Shown in pieces: positions 17,484 to 19,901 of a DNA stretch of 19,901 nt. The notes beneath the pieces were generated by a model, which made no database searches, was not told where the DNA came from, and saw nothing but the letters and a program-made list of their open reading frames with translations. How positions within the stretch are numbered: the stretch's first letter is position 1; every line of letters starts with the position of its first letter. The DNA lies in IMG/VR virus record IMGVR_UViG_3300021961_009763. The stretch is one strand, 5' to 3'. Both the position numbers and the translations under genes were made by a program. Source of the DNA: a virus.

Positions 17484-18355
17484 GATTTTACTTTCTTCCA
17501 TTCTAAATATGATTTTTTAAGTCCATCTACATATTCTGTTATATAAATGCACTGTCCTTCTTGCCAGGACGTATCTGCTGGTCTTTTTACATGACTTGGG
17601 AAGTCTAGATAAGAAGCTGATTCTACCATTATATCTTCCTCTATAAAGGATTGAACATCTTTAGCTATAGAAAATCTAGAACAAGTAATAGGATTTCCTA
17701 AATGAAATATTCTTTCTTCATAGGAGTTAAAGTTAGTTGCTATATCCCACAATATATTTGCTACATCAAAAGCGAAGACTGGAGAAAAGTATCTATCACT
17801 TACTTGTTTTTGATTAGGTGTTTCAAAAATCATTTCTAATGGATTTTTTCTACCAACATCTTGGAATAACCTAGTTCCTAAAACGAATGTTGATCTAACA
17901 ACTTTAGTATTCTTATATTTAAGAACTAAGTCTTCAGCTAAAGATTTCTGTCTTCCATAAAATGTTATTGGGTCTGGTATAGAGCAAGGATTGTATGGCG
18001 GATTATCTCCGCTAAAAATTCCTTGAGTACTTACTTGAATTACTTGAGCATTATTTTTTTCTGCCCACTTACAAATATTTATAGGAAGAGTTACGTTTGA
18101 ATCATAATATCTATTTGGATCTAATTCAACTTTATCTACAGTATTTTCTCCAGCCAAATTAATAATAACATTTGGGTTAATCTTGTCCAAAAAGTGATGC
18201 ACGTTCTGCTTGTTAATATCAAAGTCAATCCAGATATTGGAATATTCTTTTGATCTTCTAGTATATATTGCACTTATATTTTTTGGCTGACTAATAATCA
18301 TGTGCTGACCAATTATTCCGCCAGCACCAATAATCAAAACTTTTCTATTCTGCAT
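17480..18355 (-). CDS. NAD-dependent sugar epimerase/reductase (RmlD-like SDR)
   Basis: KVLIIGAGGIIGQHMI...NPNVIINLAGENTVDKVELDPNRYYDSNVTLPINICKWAEKNNAQVIQVSTQGIFSGD...FYGRQKSLAEDLVL (YxxxK). Confidence 0.85.
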   Translation of the reverse strand: MQNRKVLIIGAGGIIGQHMIISQPKNISAIYTRRSKEYSNIWIDFDINKQNVHHFLDKINPNVIINLAGENTVDKVELDPNRYYDSNVTLPINICKWAEKNNAQVIQVSTQGIFSGDNPPYNPCSIPDPITFYGRQKSLAEDLVLKYKNTKVVRSTFVLGTRLFQDVGRKNPLEMIFETPNQKQVSDRYFSPVFAFDVANILWDIATNFNSYEERIFHLGNPITCSRFSIAKDVQSFIEEDIMVESASYLDFPSHVKRPADTSWQEGQCIYITEYVDGLKKSYLEWKKVKS

Positions 18356-18581
18356 TGTCTTTTCGCCACTTCCACATATTTCTCCAGTGAACCCACTGCC
18401 ATAAACACCACATGGCTAAAAAGCCTGGCTTATCAAATATAAAAGAATACATTACCCATGGCAACGAATGTAGAGCAATAATCATATGGCCGTACCATTT
18501 TTTATTACCAACAAGATAGCTGCCACTAACTCCTATGAGCTCCATAAAAAACAGTAGCCATGTCCACATAGACTCGCTCAT
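18345..18581 (-). CDS. small multi-pass membrane protein
   Basis: MSESMWTWLLFFMELIGVSGSYLVGNKKWYGHMIIALHSLPWVMYSFIFDKPGFLAMWCLWQWVHWRNMWKWRKDNAE. 4-nt overlap with the upstream CDS. Confidence 0.75.
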   Translation of the reverse strand: MSESMWTWLLFFMELIGVSGSYLVGNKKWYGHMIIALHSLPWVMYSFIFDKPGFLAMWCLWQWVHWRNMWKWRKDNAE

Positions 18582-18979
18582 AATGTTCTTCCTCTTTCTA
18601 GAACCTTAAGTTCGTGCTCCCTATCATAGAGTACAAACTCATATGAGTAAAAGTCAAAAAAAGAGTCCATATCTTTCATTGCCTTCTCAACATCAAGAGA
18701 ACCGCAAGTATACAAGTCAAATTGAAGCAGTGCGGGATCTTCTTCGTCCCAAACATGAAAAGCTATATGAGATGTTTCTATCATCACAACTGCAGTTATG
18801 CCTTTATTTCCAGGCTCATTTACGTAAGAAGAAAATGGACCCTGAAGTATCTTCATACCTAGCGAATAAACAAAAGACTCTAGCCAGTGTATAACATTTA
18901 TTGTAACTCTAGGTGGATTATTAATTTTAGCTCGTATCATTAAATGTTTATGAAACGGCTTTTTGCAATCCGATTGCAT
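18578..18979 (-). CDS. speD: S-adenosylmethionine decarboxylase-like (SpeD family) protein
   Basis: NVIHWLESFVYSLGMKILQGPFSSYVNEPGNKGITAVVMIETSHIAFHVWDEEDPALLQFDLYTCGSLDVEKAM: SpeD core HxxxHxW/CG pattern. Activity not certain. Confidence 0.75.
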   Translation of the reverse strand: MQSDCKKPFHKHLMIRAKINNPPRVTINVIHWLESFVYSLGMKILQGPFSSYVNEPGNKGITAVVMIETSHIAFHVWDEEDPALLQFDLYTCGSLDVEKAMKDMDSFFDFYSYEFVLYDREHELKVLERGRTL

Positions 18980-19101
18980 CCTGACCTCTTTCTATTCGGT
19001 CAGAATATTATATCATTTCTGATTAAACAAATCTATTTTTTAAGCAGAAGAGATACGTACATCAAGCTAATTGTTATACAGAAAATTATTGTAAACATAA
19101 A

Positions 19102-19323
19102 TTAATCCATATTAATAATTTTTGTAATTAAAAAACAAAGACGCATCAAATCACTGTTCGCGATACTGAACACATGATCTGATCCGTCTCTTGTTTTAAT
19201 ATTTATTGTATGAGCATTTATCAAGTCGCCTTCAGTATTAATCATAGCTATTTCTTTTGTTATATGAACTTGATTAATCATTGGCATGAATCCACTAAAG
19301 GATTCTTCTGTTTTATCAAACAT
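19102..19323 (-). CDS. hypothetical protein
   Basis: MFDKTEESFSGFMPMINQVHITKEIAMINTEGDLINAHTINIKTRDGSDHVFSIANSDLMRLCFLITKIINMD. Compactly spaced with neighbours. Confidence 0.55.
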   Translation of the reverse strand: MFDKTEESFSGFMPMINQVHITKEIAMINTEGDLINAHTINIKTRDGSDHVFSIANSDLMRLCFLITKIINMD

Positions 19324-19601
19324 TACTTTTTCTTTTTACTAAAAGTAGCTACATTCTTTGGAGCTTGACCCTTTACTCCTTTTGTTGGAGTACCAGATCT
19401 TCTTTTTCTTTGTACTGCATTTTTTCTCTGTGATGCCGACATGGCTTTAGCTTTTGCCACTGGCACACATTTTGCATAGCCTGATCCTCCAGCTCCAGAT
19501 GTGCCACATGGTTGAAACTTACCCTTTTTCTTGGGAGCCCCTATATTAACCCATCTTTGGTTAAACCACTTGGTAAGTCCGACACCCTTTGGACCAGGCA
19601 T
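19323..19601 (-). CDS. small basic protein, DUF5872-like by recollection of the motif
   Basis: MPGPKGVGLTKWFNQRWVNIGAPKKKGKFQPCGTSGAGGSGYAKCVPVAKAKAMSASQRKNAVQRKRRSGTPTKGVKG. Start set to ATG 19601 because the upstream CDS ends at 19606. Confidence 0.75.
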   Translation of the reverse strand: MPGPKGVGLTKWFNQRWVNIGAPKKKGKFQPCGTSGAGGSGYAKCVPVAKAKAMSASQRKNAVQRKRRSGTPTKGVKGQAPKNVATFSKKKK

Positions 19602-19605
19602 AGCT

Positions 19606-19782
19606 TTACTTCTTCTTAGCTTTTTTGGTAGAAACAGTTTTCCATGTTCCACCCATTGACTTATATTTTTTTGCAGCCCACGCATTAGCATAGGCTGAAG
19701 GGTATACATCAAACTTTGCTTTAGCCTGAGACTTTGCAGCAGACCAAAGAGATGGCTTTGTTGGTTTATTTTGCTTTGCCAT
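19606..19782 (-). CDS. small Lys-rich hypothetical protein
   Basis: MAKQNKPTKPSLWSAAKSQAKAKFDVYPSAYANAWAAKKYKSMGGTWKTVSTKKAKKK, from internal ATG 19782. Confidence 0.65.
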   Translation of the reverse strand: MAKQNKPTKPSLWSAAKSQAKAKFDVYPSAYANAWAAKKYKSMGGTWKTVSTKKAKKK

Positions 19783-19897
19783 TATTTTTTTTCTTTTTTG
19801 GAGCTGTTTTTTTCCCATCAATCATTGGAGTCATTGCACCTTTGATATCTTTGAGATAATTATTGTTACTTTTTTTATTTTTCATTCCATATGCCAT
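19766..19897 (-). CDS. very small Lys-rich protein, not in the supplied ORF track
   Basis: MAYGMKNKKSNNNYLKDIKGAMTPMIDGKKTAPKKKKNNGKAK*, overlapping the start of the next minus-strand CDS. Confidence 0.45.
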   Translation of the reverse strand: MAYGMKNKKSNNNYLKDIKGAMTPMIDGKKTAPKKKKNNGKAK

Positions 19898-19901
19898 TTT
19901 T

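Overview
The window looks like the late/accessory region of a tailed-phage-like genome. It carries tRNA genes, structural and fiber-like proteins, a holin-like peptide, an M15 endolysin, a beta-helix/Thr-Pro-rich protein, a surface-sugar cassette (GT17, GT2, RmlC, SDR, methyltransferases), a SpeD-like AdoMet decarboxylase homolog and small Lys-rich proteins. MAIN RESULT: five genes are split in the supplied ORF track by six +1 frame changes, and all six occur exactly at an in-frame CGG. Reading CGGN as a single four-base codon (equivalently, skipping the C and reading GGN = Gly) joins the ORFs: 131-593 (+), 821-2259 (-, two sites), 7855-8095 (-), 8113-9535 (-) and 12767-13547 (-). In the endolysin this restores the canonical LAS/M15 metallopeptidase motif SxHxxGxAxD as S-N-H-G-L-[G]-L-A-I-D, with the quadruplet supplying the conserved Gly. 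My manual scan found no in-frame CGG anywhere else in the credible CDSs, while about 80 out-of-frame CGG trinucleotides cause no frame change. This argues against a sequence-context error at CGG. A complete tRNA-Gly-like gene at 743-816 has the anticodon-loop sequence CUUCCGAC, containing UCCG, the complement of CGGA, and an irregular anticodon stem. My hypothesis is a naturally encoded four-base decoding system (CGGN -> Gly) carried by the phage, possibly gating lysis and surface/structural genes. All scans and translations were done by hand and need computational confirmation.
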